A stretch of 64,000 nt of DNA from a bacterium (GCA_035295165.1 DATGJN010000085.1:34707-98706), one strand, 5' to 3'. Shown: positions 28,761 to 38,247, counted from the first letter of the stretch. The notes: generated by a model from the sequence alone, not told the origin. Numbers and translations are program-made.

Positions 28761-29142
28761 CGTCACCCCTCCGATCTGATCCGCGTCGCGGGACTTCCCG
28801 CGCCGGTGCCGCTCACGTCCGCGCCACCAGCACCGCGAGCGTCGCCGCCATCGCAACGACGACTCCTCGAGGCAGCGTCTTCGTCGGCGTTGTCCCGCCT
28901 CCTTGAACCGCCGCGCGGACGGTACGTCCAGCGCCACGGCATCGCTCGCGCTGGAAGTGTGGGGCACGATGAACCAGTAGGCACCCGATCTCCTCGATGG
29001 CTGAGCCAAACTGGATGGGCTACTGACGTCGCGCCGACTCGATCACCGCACGGGCGTTTGGCGGCCGGCTCGCAATTCGATCACTTCCTTTCCTCTTGGA
29101 ACCAGCCGGCGGATGAAGCAGTGTCACCGCAGCGGCGCGTCT

Positions 29143-29172
29143 TGTGAATCTTCACATTGTGAACGTGTGAAG
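29143..29172. promoter_or_regulatory. operator-like array of four TGTGAA half-sites including two overlapping perfect palindromes
   Basis: TGTGAAtcTTCACAtTGTGAAcgTGTGAAg lies in an AT-rich stretch 70-100 nt upstream of the ATG at 29241. The TGTGA half-site is the one recognised by Crp-family regulators. Confidence 0.5.
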
Positions 29173-29240
29173 CCCATGAAATATGAAGGCGACTCTGCCG
29201 GGTAACATCCTAGAAGACTAGAGATAAGGAGGAGATCCCG

Positions 29241-29597
29241 ATGCTGGTCAGACAGGCGGGCGTAGGCGTGTTGATTCTGGCGCTCGCGTTCGCAGGCATG
29301 AACACCCTGCCCGCGGCGCTGCCACAAGCACACGCGCAAAGCTACGGCGTCGCCGGCACGATCTTGGGGCTCGCCATCATCGCGGGCGTCGTCTACCTCG
29401 TTTCCCGAGATCGGGACGGCGTGTACCATCGCTACTACTACGGGAGGTATAACGGGCCGCATTACCGGTACGAAGGAGCCTACTACAACGCGTACCCGCG
29501 GTATCACGATCGATACTATCGCGGTCCCTTGCCGGGCCGGTGGCGTAGCAACGAGGGGTGTGTGGGCGGACCGCCCTGGGTTGCGGAGTGCCGCTAG
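29241..29597 (+). CDS. small secreted/membrane-anchored Tyr/Arg-rich protein
   Basis: ATG with AAGGAGG upstream. N-terminal hydrophobic segments are followed by YHRYYYGRYNGPHYRYEGAYYNAYPRYHDRYYRGP and a CxxxxxxxxC C-terminus. Confidence 0.6.
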   Translation: MLVRQAGVGVLILALAFAGMNTLPAALPQAHAQSYGVAGTILGLAIIAGVVYLVSRDRDGVYHRYYYGRYNGPHYRYEGAYYNAYPRYHDRYYRGPLPGRWRSNEGCVGGPPWVAECR

Positions 29598-29617
29598 CGC
29601 GCACGAACGGTCCTACA

Positions 29618-29659
29618 CGAGGGGGCCCGGAGCCGCGATCGTGGCTTCGGGCCCCCTCG
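29618..29659 (+). terminator. GC-rich hairpin, probable terminator
   Basis: cgagggggcccg ... cgggccccctcg forms a 12-bp stem 20 nt after the stop of the Tyr-rich gene. There is no T-tract. Confidence 0.4.
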
Positions 29660-29824
29660 TACACGGCTCCGGAGCTGACGCCGGCCCGGCACCAGATCCG
29701 GCCGCGCGTACGTCCGTACGTCCCCGCTGGATCAGTCGGCGGGCGAACACAGAGATACGAGCGTGTCGATGCTTGGGGGGCAGAGCTTGCTTCCGCCACA
29801 TCTGCGCGATGGTGACAATTGATC

Positions 29825-29973
29825 ATGCGAACCATCACTCTGGAAGAACACTACGCAAGCCCCGCGTTTCTGGAAGGCCCTGGGCGAAAGCTGATCAACT
29901 GCCAGTCAGCTCCACCGACAGGGAACGGATCGCCCATGGCAATGCCGAACGCCTCCTTCGATTCTTTGCGTGA
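29825..29973 (+). pseudogene. relic of an amidohydrolase-2 (COG2159) gene retaining only the N- and C-terminal ends
   Basis: MRTITLEEHYASPAFLEGPGRKL (the typical N-terminus) is joined out of frame to ...TDRERIAHGNAERLLRFFA* (the typical C-terminus). The roughly 850 bp expected between them are missing. Confidence 0.55.
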
Positions 29974-30086
29974 GGTGGCAATCTAGCGCCTCAGTATCGC
30001 CAAGCGCTGACCGGGAATGCTCCGCGCCCCGACGTCACCCGCGCTGACGTCGTAAGCGAGCAAGGGATCCGCCAAAACGGGTGCGA

Positions 30087-32147
30087 TCATCCCTCCTCCC
30101 CGGCGGGAGGCGGCGTATCCCGCATCACTTCCACCATGGCGTCGAATGCGGCTTGACCGGCGGAAAAGTCGAACGTGTCCACGGCTTCATCGGGGATCGC
30201 CGATACTCCTGATGTGAGACGGTTCAGGCCCGCCCAGCCGTCGCGCATCCATACCGTCCCGGGCAGAATTCGATCGGTGACGTGCGCGCGAGCGTGGAAC
30301 TCTCCCCGACCGTTGAAGATGCGGATCGGTGCGCCGTCCTCCAAACCCCGCGCCGCGGCATCGTCCGGCGAGATCCACAGGTTCGGCTCCGGGTCGAGCC
30401 GCGCGAGCGTTGGAAGCGCCTGGCCGTGGTCGTAGAAACTGTGAAACCTGGTGAGCGTCCGTCCCTGGCGAAAGATCAATGGATAGCGGTCGGAGGCGGC
30501 CAGCGGCGTGTAGACTGGGAGGGCTGGGAGCCCAAGCGCCTTCGCTCGCGCCGAATAGAACTCGATCTTGCGCGATGGGGTCGGGAAGGAAAGATCAGGG
30601 TGGGCGACGTGGGAGATGCGCAGAGCCCGCATCCCTCCCTCGGCACGCAGCGCAGCAACGGTGGCGCGGCCCGTGGCCGGATGATCGAGAAGCGCGTCGA
30701 TCGGCCCTTCGTCTGTGTCCCACGGGAAGAAGTCCGCGAGACCCAGGCGACGTCCCAGCTCCCGAAGGATCCAGGTGATCGACCGCGCCTCGCCGGGCGG
30801 GTCGAGGACCTGCGGCATCAGGTAGAGATGGGTGTTGGTGCTCTTGCAGCCCAGCTCCTCAAGCCACGCCGTGGCGGGGAGGACCACGTCGGCGAAGCGT
30901 CTCGCCGTATCGTTCATGAAGAGGTCGTGGCTAACAACCAGGTCGGCACGCGCGAGGCCCTCGGCCAGGCGCTCGGCGTCCGCGAAGGAGGAGAGCATAT
31001 CTGTCCCGAGGAGGAAGAGCACGCGGACGCGGCCGTCCAGCAGGGCCTCCGTGATCCGGGCCATCTGGTTCGGGATGTAGCGTCCGGCCGTCCGCCGTTC
31101 CATGGCGGTGATGTTCCCAAGCGCCTGGCCGTGGCTTGCGGCGCCGTGGCGCGGACCGAAGCCGCCACCGGGTATGCCGAGGTTTCCCGTGAGCGCGGGC
31201 AGGCATGCGACGGCCCGTGCGCCCTGCCACCCGTTCGCGCCCTTATGCATCGAACTGCCGCCGAGCAGGATCATCGAGGGCCGCGTCGCGCCGTAGCGGC
31301 GCGCGAGCGCCACGATCCGATCGGCGTCAAGCCCGGTCTCGCGCGCCGCCCACTCGGGGGTATAGGCTTTGACGTGCTCCCTCAGCTGGTCGAACCCGAC
31401 CGTGTGCGCTTCCACAAACTCACGATGATGGAGCCCCTCGCCGACGAGCACGTGCATCATCGCCAAGGCGAGCGCCGCATCAGTTCCCGGACGGATCACG
31501 AACACCTCGTTCGATTGCGCCGCCGCCTCCGTGTGGCGAACGTCGACGGTCACCACCCAGGCCCCGCGGCGCTTCGCCGCCGCGAGATGGCGCCCGGTAT
31601 TCGGCTGGCTCGCCAGGTTCGCCCCCCACAGCAGGATCAGGTCGGCATGTGCGCCCATGTCCTCCTTCGTGTTCGTCTCGATGGGGCCGGTGAGTCCGAT
31701 CCCGAAGCCCCCGAGCCCCCAGCAGATCATCGCCGGGTGCCACCACTGGCAGCCGTAGAAGTTGGCAAACCGTCGCAACAGCTGAGAAGCGATGCGTGTC
31801 CCGTAGTTGTTGGCGAAGTGGCCGTGGCCCTGCCACAGCCCCACCGCCTCTCGCCCCGCCGATTGCATGCGTCTCGCGATGAGGTCGAGCGCCTCGTCCC
31901 AGCTCACCGGCCGCCAGCCGGTGTCTCTCCGGTCGCGGACCAGCGGCGCGAGTAGCCGCTTCGGGTTGTCGATGATCTCCCCCGAAGCGTGCCCGCGGAT
32001 GCACAGGAACCCACGGCTGTCCGGGTTCTCAGGATCGCCCTTGACGCCGATGAGTCGCCCGTCCTCCACCTCCACGAGCATCCCGCAGAGTGTGGGATGG
32101 CAGTTCATGGGGCACATCGTTCGGATCGTCCGGCGCATCGAACCCAT
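30087..32147 (-). CDS. molybdopterin-dependent oxidoreductase (formate dehydrogenase / DMSO reductase superfamily, cytoplasmic)
   Basis: N-terminal 4Fe-4S motif CPMNCHPTLCGM...C, the molybdopterin oxidoreductase blocks, and a C-terminal MGD-binding beta-barrel domain. Start chosen at the internal Met just before the Cys motif. Confidence 0.85.
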   Translation of the reverse strand: MGSMRRTIRTMCPMNCHPTLCGMLVEVEDGRLIGVKGDPENPDSRGFLCIRGHASGEIIDNPKRLLAPLVRDRRDTGWRPVSWDEALDLIARRMQSAGREAVGLWQGHGHFANNYGTRIASQLLRRFANFYGCQWWHPAMICWGLGGFGIGLTGPIETNTKEDMGAHADLILLWGANLASQPNTGRHLAAAKRRGAWVVTVDVRHTEAAAQSNEVFVIRPGTDAALALAMMHVLVGEGLHHREFVEAHTVGFDQLREHVKAYTPEWAARETGLDADRIVALARRYGATRPSMILLGGSSMHKGANGWQGARAVACLPALTGNLGIPGGGFGPRHGAASHGQALGNITAMERRTAGRYIPNQMARITEALLDGRVRVLFLLGTDMLSSFADAERLAEGLARADLVVSHDLFMNDTARRFADVVLPATAWLEELGCKSTNTHLYLMPQVLDPPGEARSITWILRELGRRLGLADFFPWDTDEGPIDALLDHPATGRATVAALRAEGGMRALRISHVAHPDLSFPTPSRKIEFYSARAKALGLPALPVYTPLAASDRYPLIFRQGRTLTRFHSFYDHGQALPTLARLDPEPNLWISPDDAAARGLEDGAPIRIFNGRGEFHARAHVTDRILPGTVWMRDGWAGLNRLTSGVSAIPDEAVDTFDFSAGQAAFDAMVEVMRDTPPPAGEEG

Positions 32148-32511
32148 GGACTTCCTCCTGGTTCCCGTCTCGGCCGGTGACGCCGAGCGACGTGACGGGT
32201 CGCTGCGGACACCACCGATGATTCGAGCAATCCGGCTGGCGCGCCCTCCTTCGTCCGGGCCACATGTGTTCGTGGGAACAACGAGACGCACAATACGAGC
32301 TCAAGAGCAGCCGGAATCGTCGACTAATTCAGCCTATGCATGCCGATGTCCCGCGTGCTCGGCGGCCCGATATGGATCGCGGCATACGAATTTGCAACGT
32401 CGGCCGAATCCGCGCGAGGAGGGGCTCTGTTCGGCACACTAAAGTTGGGGCACGCACCAGACTCCGTGTTCGATGGATCGCTCCGGAACGAAGGACGTAA
32501 AGCCCAGACGG

Positions 32512-32565
32512 TCATGTCGATTTCGAGCTAACGCGTTCGACTAAGTAGTGAACGAAGCACCGGCA
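32512..32565. repeat. copy A of a ~50-nt conserved intergenic element
   Basis: gtcgatttcgagctaacgcgttcgactaagtagtgaacgaagcaccggc is about 80% identical to a second copy at 37052-37107. Confidence 0.5.
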
Positions 32566-32589
32566 GCCAACTGAGAATCGGAGGGGCAC

Positions 32590-33372
32590 ATGACAACGAG
32601 AACGGAGTATGCACACGGCGAGTTTTCCTGGGTCAACCTCGGCACGACTGATCCCGCGTCCGCGAAGCGCTTCTACGGCAGCCTGTTCGGGTGGGAATGT
32701 GACGACATGCCCGCCGGACCGGAAATGACGTACACGATGTGCCGGTTGAAGAGCCACTACGTGGCGGGGTTGTATGGCTTGGATACGAGAACGTTGTCGC
32801 AAGGCGTCCCGCCGCACTGGCTTCCGTTCATCAATGTGAGGAGTGCGGACGACGTCGCGACGAAAGCGTCGCAGAGTGGCGGGAGGGTCCTGTTCGGTCC
32901 GAACGATGTCCTCGACGTCGGCCGGAGTGTGGCGATGCAGGATCCCACCGGCGCCCACTTCGCGGTATGGCAGGCGAAGAAGCATGTCGGCGCCGGGGTC
33001 ATCAACGAACCCGGTGCGATGTGCTGGAATGAACTGATGACCCCTGACGTCGGCCTCGCACGGCAATTCTACTCCACGACATTCGGCTGGACCGCCGAGC
33101 TGGTCGATATGAGCGCGGATAGCACGTATACGATCTTCAAGGCTGGCACGACACAGGTCGGAGGCATGATGGCGCGACCGCCGCAGATGAAAGATATTCC
33201 CCCGCACTGGCTCACCTATTTTGGCGTTGCCGACTGCGACGGTACCGCCGCGAACGTCGGGGAGCTCGGCGGGACGGTACTCAGGCCGCCGACGGACATC
33301 CCGAACATCGGCCGCTTCGCGGTATGCAGGGATGGGCAGGGCGCGGTGTTCGCGGTCTTCAAGGGCGCCTGA
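32590..33372 (+). CDS. VOC family protein (two tandem glyoxalase/bleomycin-resistance/dioxygenase domains)
   Basis: GGAGGGG before the ATG. 260 aa with two repeated VOC-fold halves (FSWVNL...HFAVW / WNELMT...VFAVF). Confidence 0.85.
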   Translation: MTTRTEYAHGEFSWVNLGTTDPASAKRFYGSLFGWECDDMPAGPEMTYTMCRLKSHYVAGLYGLDTRTLSQGVPPHWLPFINVRSADDVATKASQSGGRVLFGPNDVLDVGRSVAMQDPTGAHFAVWQAKKHVGAGVINEPGAMCWNELMTPDVGLARQFYSTTFGWTAELVDMSADSTYTIFKAGTTQVGGMMARPPQMKDIPPHWLTYFGVADCDGTAANVGELGGTVLRPPTDIPNIGRFAVCRDGQGAVFAVFKGA

Positions 33373-33387
33373 ACACCACTGCGGGCC

Positions 33388-33427
33388 GGGCGGCGGGGGT
33401 GATCGATGCGGTCTCACGCCCGCCGCC
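33388..33427. terminator. GC-rich hairpin between convergent genes
   Basis: gggcggcggg ... cccgccgccc forms a 10-bp stem with a 20-nt loop between the VOC gene and the convergent hydrolase gene. Confidence 0.3.
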
Positions 33428-33556
33428 CTCGAGGCAAGGAAGACGGTTCCTGAATTCAACAGTTCGGCTGGACGCGATGACGGGAACCGCGGTTTGCGCT
33501 TTTGCCTCGCTCCCCCGTGTCGCGGCGTCGGTCGGGCCCGGGGCCGGCATCCGGCG

Positions 33557-34261
33557 TCACGTACTGACGAGCTCGCGGATGAACTCCCCTGCGATGCGGC
33601 CAATGGCTCGCCCGAGGTCCTCCTGAGACCGCGGTTCCCGAGGGGCGCGGAACGAGTGGTCGGCCCCCGGCACCACGTGCAGGCGCGCCAGCGGGCGAAG
33701 CCGGTCGACTACGGCCTCGATGAGGTCGATCCTCGCGAGGGCGTCCCGGCTGCCCTGGATGAAGAGCATCGGGCGACGGATGTGCGGGAGATGGGCGTCC
33801 CGCAGTTGTCCGGGCTTGCCCGCCGGATGCAGCGGATATCCGAAGAACACCAACCCCGCCGCAGCGAACGCGTCCGTTTCCTGGGCGGCCAGCATCGACG
33901 CCACCCGACCGCCCATCGATTTCCCGGCGGCAACTACCGGCCGGTTTCCATCCTGCGCGACATGGGCGAGCACGGCGCGCCAGGGCTCGACCAGCGACGC
34001 GGCGGATCCGGGAAGGCGCCGTCGGGACTCCATGTACGGAAAGTTGAAGCGCAGCACCGAGATACCGGCACCGGCCATCTCGTGAGCAGCCCCCATTAGA
34101 AACGGATGCGTCATTCCAGCGCCGGCACCATGGGCAAGAACGCAATCGGCACATGGCCGGCGCGCGCGAGTCCACACAGCGGACACGGGATGGGCCAGGG
34201 CCTCGAGCTGGAGCTGACACGGATCGTCGCGCACGCTCGGCGGGATGACCTGGTCAGCCAT
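33557..34261 (-). CDS. alpha/beta hydrolase family protein (dienelactone hydrolase-like)
   Basis: 234 aa with the GKSMGGRVAS nucleophile elbow and a C-terminal His region. Confidence 0.8.
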   Translation of the reverse strand: MADQVIPPSVRDDPCQLQLEALAHPVSAVWTRARRPCADCVLAHGAGAGMTHPFLMGAAHEMAGAGISVLRFNFPYMESRRRLPGSAASLVEPWRAVLAHVAQDGNRPVVAAGKSMGGRVASMLAAQETDAFAAAGLVFFGYPLHPAGKPGQLRDAHLPHIRRPMLFIQGSRDALARIDLIEAVVDRLRPLARLHVVPGADHSFRAPREPRSQEDLGRAIGRIAGEFIRELVST

Positions 34262-34572
34262 CGACGCGCCTCCTCCGCTCCCACGGCTTTGGAGCAGCCA
34301 GTTCCGCGCGGGATTTGCATCTCCTACCCAATGCGGCGTTCATTGCCCCGCTGAATGACGGAGCGGCGTCGCGGCGATCCGCTGACTAGGGACAGGCGCG
34401 GCACGCGGGAGATACCGAGCCGTGGAATGAGGAGGCATCCTGTCCGAGCACGCGGAAGACACGCACGATTGTGCCGAGGCTGTCCCGACCGGGCAGGCGG
34501 CGCGTTTTCACAGTCGTAGTTGCCCGGCCGCAGAAGCCATGAGCCGTGTCTGGAAGGGGTGCACTGAGCCAT

Positions 34573-35418
34573 ATGCCGTCCGTTGCCGACAAACGCCGCG
34601 TGTTTCGCCGGCTCCATGAGTCCGGATGCTTTGTCATTCCCAACCCCTGGGACGTCGGGACGACGCGCTACCTCCAGCATCTCGGGTTCAAGGCGCTTGC
34701 GACCACGAGCGCGGGGGCGGCGTTCTCGATGGGGCTGCCCGATGCGGACTGGGCACTGACGCGAGATCCGATGCTTGCCCACATCCGCTCGATCGTGGAC
34801 GCGGCTGATGTACCCGTGAACGCGGACTTCGAGTCGGGGTATGCAGACGAGCCCGCGGAACTTGCCCAAAACGTGCTGCGGTGCGTCGAGACAGGCGTTG
34901 CAGGGCTGTCAATTGAGGATTCGACCGGCGACGCATCGAGGCCGCTGTATCCGTTCGACCTTGCCGTGGCCCGCATCCGCGCGGCGCGCGCCGCGATCGA
35001 TCAGGTTGGTGGCGATGTGTTGCTCGTCGGCCGGACTGAAGGGTTCATCGCCGGGGCACCCGACCTTGACGAAACGCTGCGGAGGTTGAAGGCGTATGCG
35101 ACGGCTGGTGCCGATTGTCTGTACGCGCCCGGGATTCACACGCGCGAGCAGATCCGGGCGGTGGTCGAGGCAGTGGCGCCGAAGCCGGTCAATCTCCTGA
35201 TCGGCGGCGCGATCGGGCTGACGGTCAACGACGCGGCAGATCTCGGAGTTCGTCGGATCAGCGTTGGCGGTGCGCTTGCGCGGACCGCCTGGCGCGGGTT
35301 CATGCGCGCGGCGCGGGATCTCGCCGCCGGGAAGTTCGACAGTTTTTCGGACGCAGCGTCGGGAGCCGATCTTAACCGCCTGTTTACCGACGACGCAAAA
35401 CGCCGCTTGCCATCCTAG
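34573..35418 (+). CDS. isocitrate lyase / PEP mutase family protein (methylisocitrate lyase / oxaloacetate decarboxylase-like)
   Basis: TIM-barrel ICL/PEPM blocks (GCFVIPNPWDVG, ADFESGY, GLSIEDS). The KxCGH motif of true PEP mutases was not seen. Confidence 0.8.
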   Translation: MPSVADKRRVFRRLHESGCFVIPNPWDVGTTRYLQHLGFKALATTSAGAAFSMGLPDADWALTRDPMLAHIRSIVDAADVPVNADFESGYADEPAELAQNVLRCVETGVAGLSIEDSTGDASRPLYPFDLAVARIRAARAAIDQVGGDVLLVGRTEGFIAGAPDLDETLRRLKAYATAGADCLYAPGIHTREQIRAVVEAVAPKPVNLLIGGAIGLTVNDAADLGVRRISVGGALARTAWRGFMRAARDLAAGKFDSFSDAASGADLNRLFTDDAKRRLPS

Positions 35419-35615
35419 GCGTGCTCCATGCGACGCGCCACCCCGGTAGGCCGGCACGTTGGGTTCCGCCAGCGAGCAACTAGAGGCTGAGGGACCCATG
35501 ACTCGGACGGAGACCACGGTGAGGTCGACACACGGCATGAGGAACGACCGTCACGCCAGGCGGTGGCGCGAACAGGTCAACCGTCACGCTGGCAAGCAAT
35601 GCCGGTGAACGGGCC

Positions 35616-36092
35616 ATGCGACTGTACTTGGTTCACCATGCCGAGGCGAAACGAGAAGACGAAGACCCTGCCCGGCCTCTCACAGCGCTGGGCGTGCAGG
35701 ACGCCCGCAGGGTCGCCCGCTATGCTACGAAGCAGGGACGTGTGCGCGTCGGCCGGATCTTCCACAGCGGCAAGACTCGTGCGGAGCAAACGGCCAGGGT
35801 CTGGGCGGAATCTCTGCTCGATGCCCAGGTTGTCCACGTCGATGATCTCGGCCCGCAGGCTGACCCGACGATCTGGGCAGAGCGCCTGGCCACGGAGACC
35901 AGCGATGTGATGCTCGTCGGCCACTTCCCCCATCTGGCGAGGCTCGCGGCGCGACTCCTGTGTGCGCACGATGGCGAGGTATTGACGCCGTTCAACGGCG
36001 GGATCACCTGCTTGGAACGGACCGGTTTGGGTCGCTGGGCGATCCACTGGATGCTCGCTCCCGACGTCATTGACGATGAATCAGGCCGGTGA
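35616..36092 (+). CDS. sixA: phosphohistidine phosphatase SixA (histidine phosphatase family)
   Basis: N-terminal RHG-type motif (LYLVHHAEA) and C-terminal His (LVGHFPHL). 158 aa. Confidence 0.8.
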   Translation: MRLYLVHHAEAKREDEDPARPLTALGVQDARRVARYATKQGRVRVGRIFHSGKTRAEQTARVWAESLLDAQVVHVDDLGPQADPTIWAERLATETSDVMLVGHFPHLARLAARLLCAHDGEVLTPFNGGITCLERTGLGRWAIHWMLAPDVIDDESGR

Positions 36093-36283
36093 AGATTCGC
36101 GCCGGGATTCCCAAACCATTGACCGACCAATCTGGGACGCAACCACACGGCCCAGTCGCCACAACCGGCGCATCACAAGATGACCGCAACCACCATCGTT
36201 CTGCGCCTCTCGCCTCTACGGGCGGTGGATGGGGCGATGTTGCCGAGCGCCTTGCCCGTAGTTGATCGCAGGACTGGCGCCAA

Positions 36284-36793
36284 TCACCGGAATGTCGAGT
36301 CCGCCGCCGCGAGGGGGGCGTAGTCCACTTGCCAGTCTTGCCCATTGTATCGTAGCCGTGCCTGTATCTGTCTCGTGATCGCCGCCGCCCCGGGGTGCGG
36401 TACCACGCTCGCCGTGAACGCCGCAGTTGCCACATCACCGCCGACGGTGATACGCATCCCGGAAAGATCGAACGCGACGAGCTGGACGCGATGCAAGGAC
36501 GCGGGCCACTCGGCGGGGCGATCGTACGTGAATCGTTCCACCCATGCCTGCGAACCGGCCTCCGCGGCGTGAAGGAACCCGTCGTACACCTGTGTGACTG
36601 CGTTCGCGATCAGCTCCGCGGGAGTCGATGGGTAGCCAATCACCAGACCGGCTGCCTGATCCGCCGCGACGGCCGCAGCGGCCCAATGCCACGGAGGTAC
36701 GTCCGGAAACGGGGCTGCGGCCCACGCGGGCGCGGCGCCGACGCATAGACAGATCGTGACCGCGGCGACCCACCTTCCGACTCCTGCCTTCAC
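36284..36793 (-). CDS. secreted hypothetical protein (signal peptide, NTF2-like tail)
   Basis: Signal peptide VAAVTICLCVGAAPAWA followed by a 140-aa soluble domain. Confidence 0.55.
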   Translation of the reverse strand: MKAGVGRWVAAVTICLCVGAAPAWAAAPFPDVPPWHWAAAAVAADQAAGLVIGYPSTPAELIANAVTQVYDGFLHAAEAGSQAWVERFTYDRPAEWPASLHRVQLVAFDLSGMRITVGGDVATAAFTASVVPHPGAAAITRQIQARLRYNGQDWQVDYAPLAAADSTFR

Positions 36794-37051
36794 GGGGATC
36801 GATCTCCTCTCCCTGGCTCCCTACCCTTATATTCCGAGGGTACCGTGCCCGTTTCCACTTCCGAAAGCAACGCGGGACGCGGCCGCACTCGAATCGGTCG
36901 TCACGGCTTCACACGACATGATCACGCCGGGGATCGGCGTCGAGGCCCGGATCAGCGCGGTTTTGATGTCACTGGCCTGGGAAAGATAACGAGCTCGCCT
37001 CAACCCGCTTCGCGCCGGACCGAAGCCACAGTTCGTCCACACGCGCGCGGA

Positions 37052-37107
37052 TCGTTGTCGATTTCGAGCCGGCGCGTTCGACTATCCAGTGAAACGAGAA
37101 GCGCCGG
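37052..37107. repeat. copy B of the ~50-nt conserved intergenic element
   Basis: gtcgatttcgagccggcgcgttcgactatccagtgaaacgagaagcgccggc, in the divergent intergenic region before the DoxX gene. Confidence 0.5.
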
Positions 37108-37191
37108 CGTCCCGCATGGTCCACATGCGGGTGCGTCGCGCGGGCCACGCCGAGCGAGAACGGCGATCAGGCAGGACGGAGGACCCTAATT

Positions 37192-37629
37192 ATGAGCTAC
37201 GCACTGTGGATCGACCAGGGGCTACTCGCGCTCCTGTTTCTGTTCACCGGCGGAATCAAGTTGATACTTCCGCTTGATCTGTTGACGAAGCAGATGCCGC
37301 TCCCGGGTCTGTTCGTGCGATTCGTTGGGGTGGCCGAGGTGTTTGGCGCGCTCGGCCTGATTCTTCCGGGCGTGCTGCGCATTCGACCGAGCCTAACACC
37401 GCTGGCGGCGGCGGGGTTGGTGGTCGTCATGGTTGGTGCGACCGGGTTCACGCTGGCCACGGGAGGTGGGGCGTTGGCGGTAATTCCGCTGGTGGTTGGG
37501 CTCGGCGCGGCGTTCGTCGGCTACGGCCGCTGGCGACTCGTGCCGCACGTCGCTGGCGGCGGATTTGCCTCCACGGGTACGAGGGTTGCGGCCAGGCCGG
37601 CCACTACAGGATCAACGCCAGACTGCTGA
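37192..37629 (+). CDS. DoxX family membrane protein
   Basis: Four hydrophobic helices with a DoxX-like pattern (LLFLFTGGIKL..., FVGVAEVFGALGLILP). Confidence 0.75.
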   Translation: MSYALWIDQGLLALLFLFTGGIKLILPLDLLTKQMPLPGLFVRFVGVAEVFGALGLILPGVLRIRPSLTPLAAAGLVVVMVGATGFTLATGGGALAVIPLVVGLGAAFVGYGRWRLVPHVAGGGFASTGTRVAARPATTGSTPDC

Positions 37630-37761
37630 GGGCACGGCGCGGCTTGATGCGATACGATTCGCCGGGAATGTCGCGCGCGACAGTCTGAAGGCGCCGCGAT
37701 ACGCGCTACGCGGAGCCTCGGAGGAGCACGGGGCGGCGGGAAGGGGTGGAGGTGGCACACG

Positions 37762-38247
37762 ATGACACGTGACGTAAGCAAGGGGCGCGTTCGAGACTGG
37801 ATGGCGGCTCCCCGGCCAGCGATCACGCCGCGGACCACGATCGCAACGGCGCTCCGGTTGCTCCGGGAGCACGGCAGCGCAGCGCTCCCCGTGCTCGACG
37901 GCGCGGGGGTGGTCGGGTTGGTGAACGAGACGGCGCTGCTCCGGTTTACTCCATCCGAGGCGGTCACGGTTGACGCGTACGAACTGCGGGAACTGCTCGA
38001 CCACGTGACGGTGTCACGCGCCACCACGCCGGTGTCCGCGGCTGTGGCGCCGGACACACCGCTCTCCGCGGCCGCCGCGGCGATGCGCCTCGCGTGTGCA
38101 CCGGTGTTGCCGGTGATGGACGGCGATCGTCTCGTCGGGTTACTGCCGTGGACGCAACTGCTCGCGGCGGCGGCCGAAGACGCTCTGCGAGGCAATCGCC
38201 CGTCGGGCACGGCCGAACGCGGAGCATCCGCACCGTTTCATCTGTGA
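37762..38247 (+). CDS. CBS domain pair protein
   Basis: Two CBS-like repeats (WMAAPRPAITPRTTIATALRLLREHGSAALPVLD... / ...VAPDTPLSAAAAAMRLACAPVLPVMDGDRLVGLL). Confidence 0.8.
   Translation: MTRDVSKGRVRDWMAAPRPAITPRTTIATALRLLREHGSAALPVLDGAGVVGLVNETALLRFTPSEAVTVDAYELRELLDHVTVSRATTPVSAAVAPDTPLSAAAAAMRLACAPVLPVMDGDRLVGLLPWTQLLAAAAEDALRGNRPSGTAERGASAPFHL

Noticed and set aside
27018-29147. 709-aa plus-strand ORF
   Set aside because: It runs antisense through pip and the a/b hydrolase gene, both of which have catalytic motifs. It has Arg/Pro/His-rich junk composition.
30282-31955. 557-aa plus-strand ORF
   Set aside because: Antisense to the molybdopterin oxidoreductase gene.
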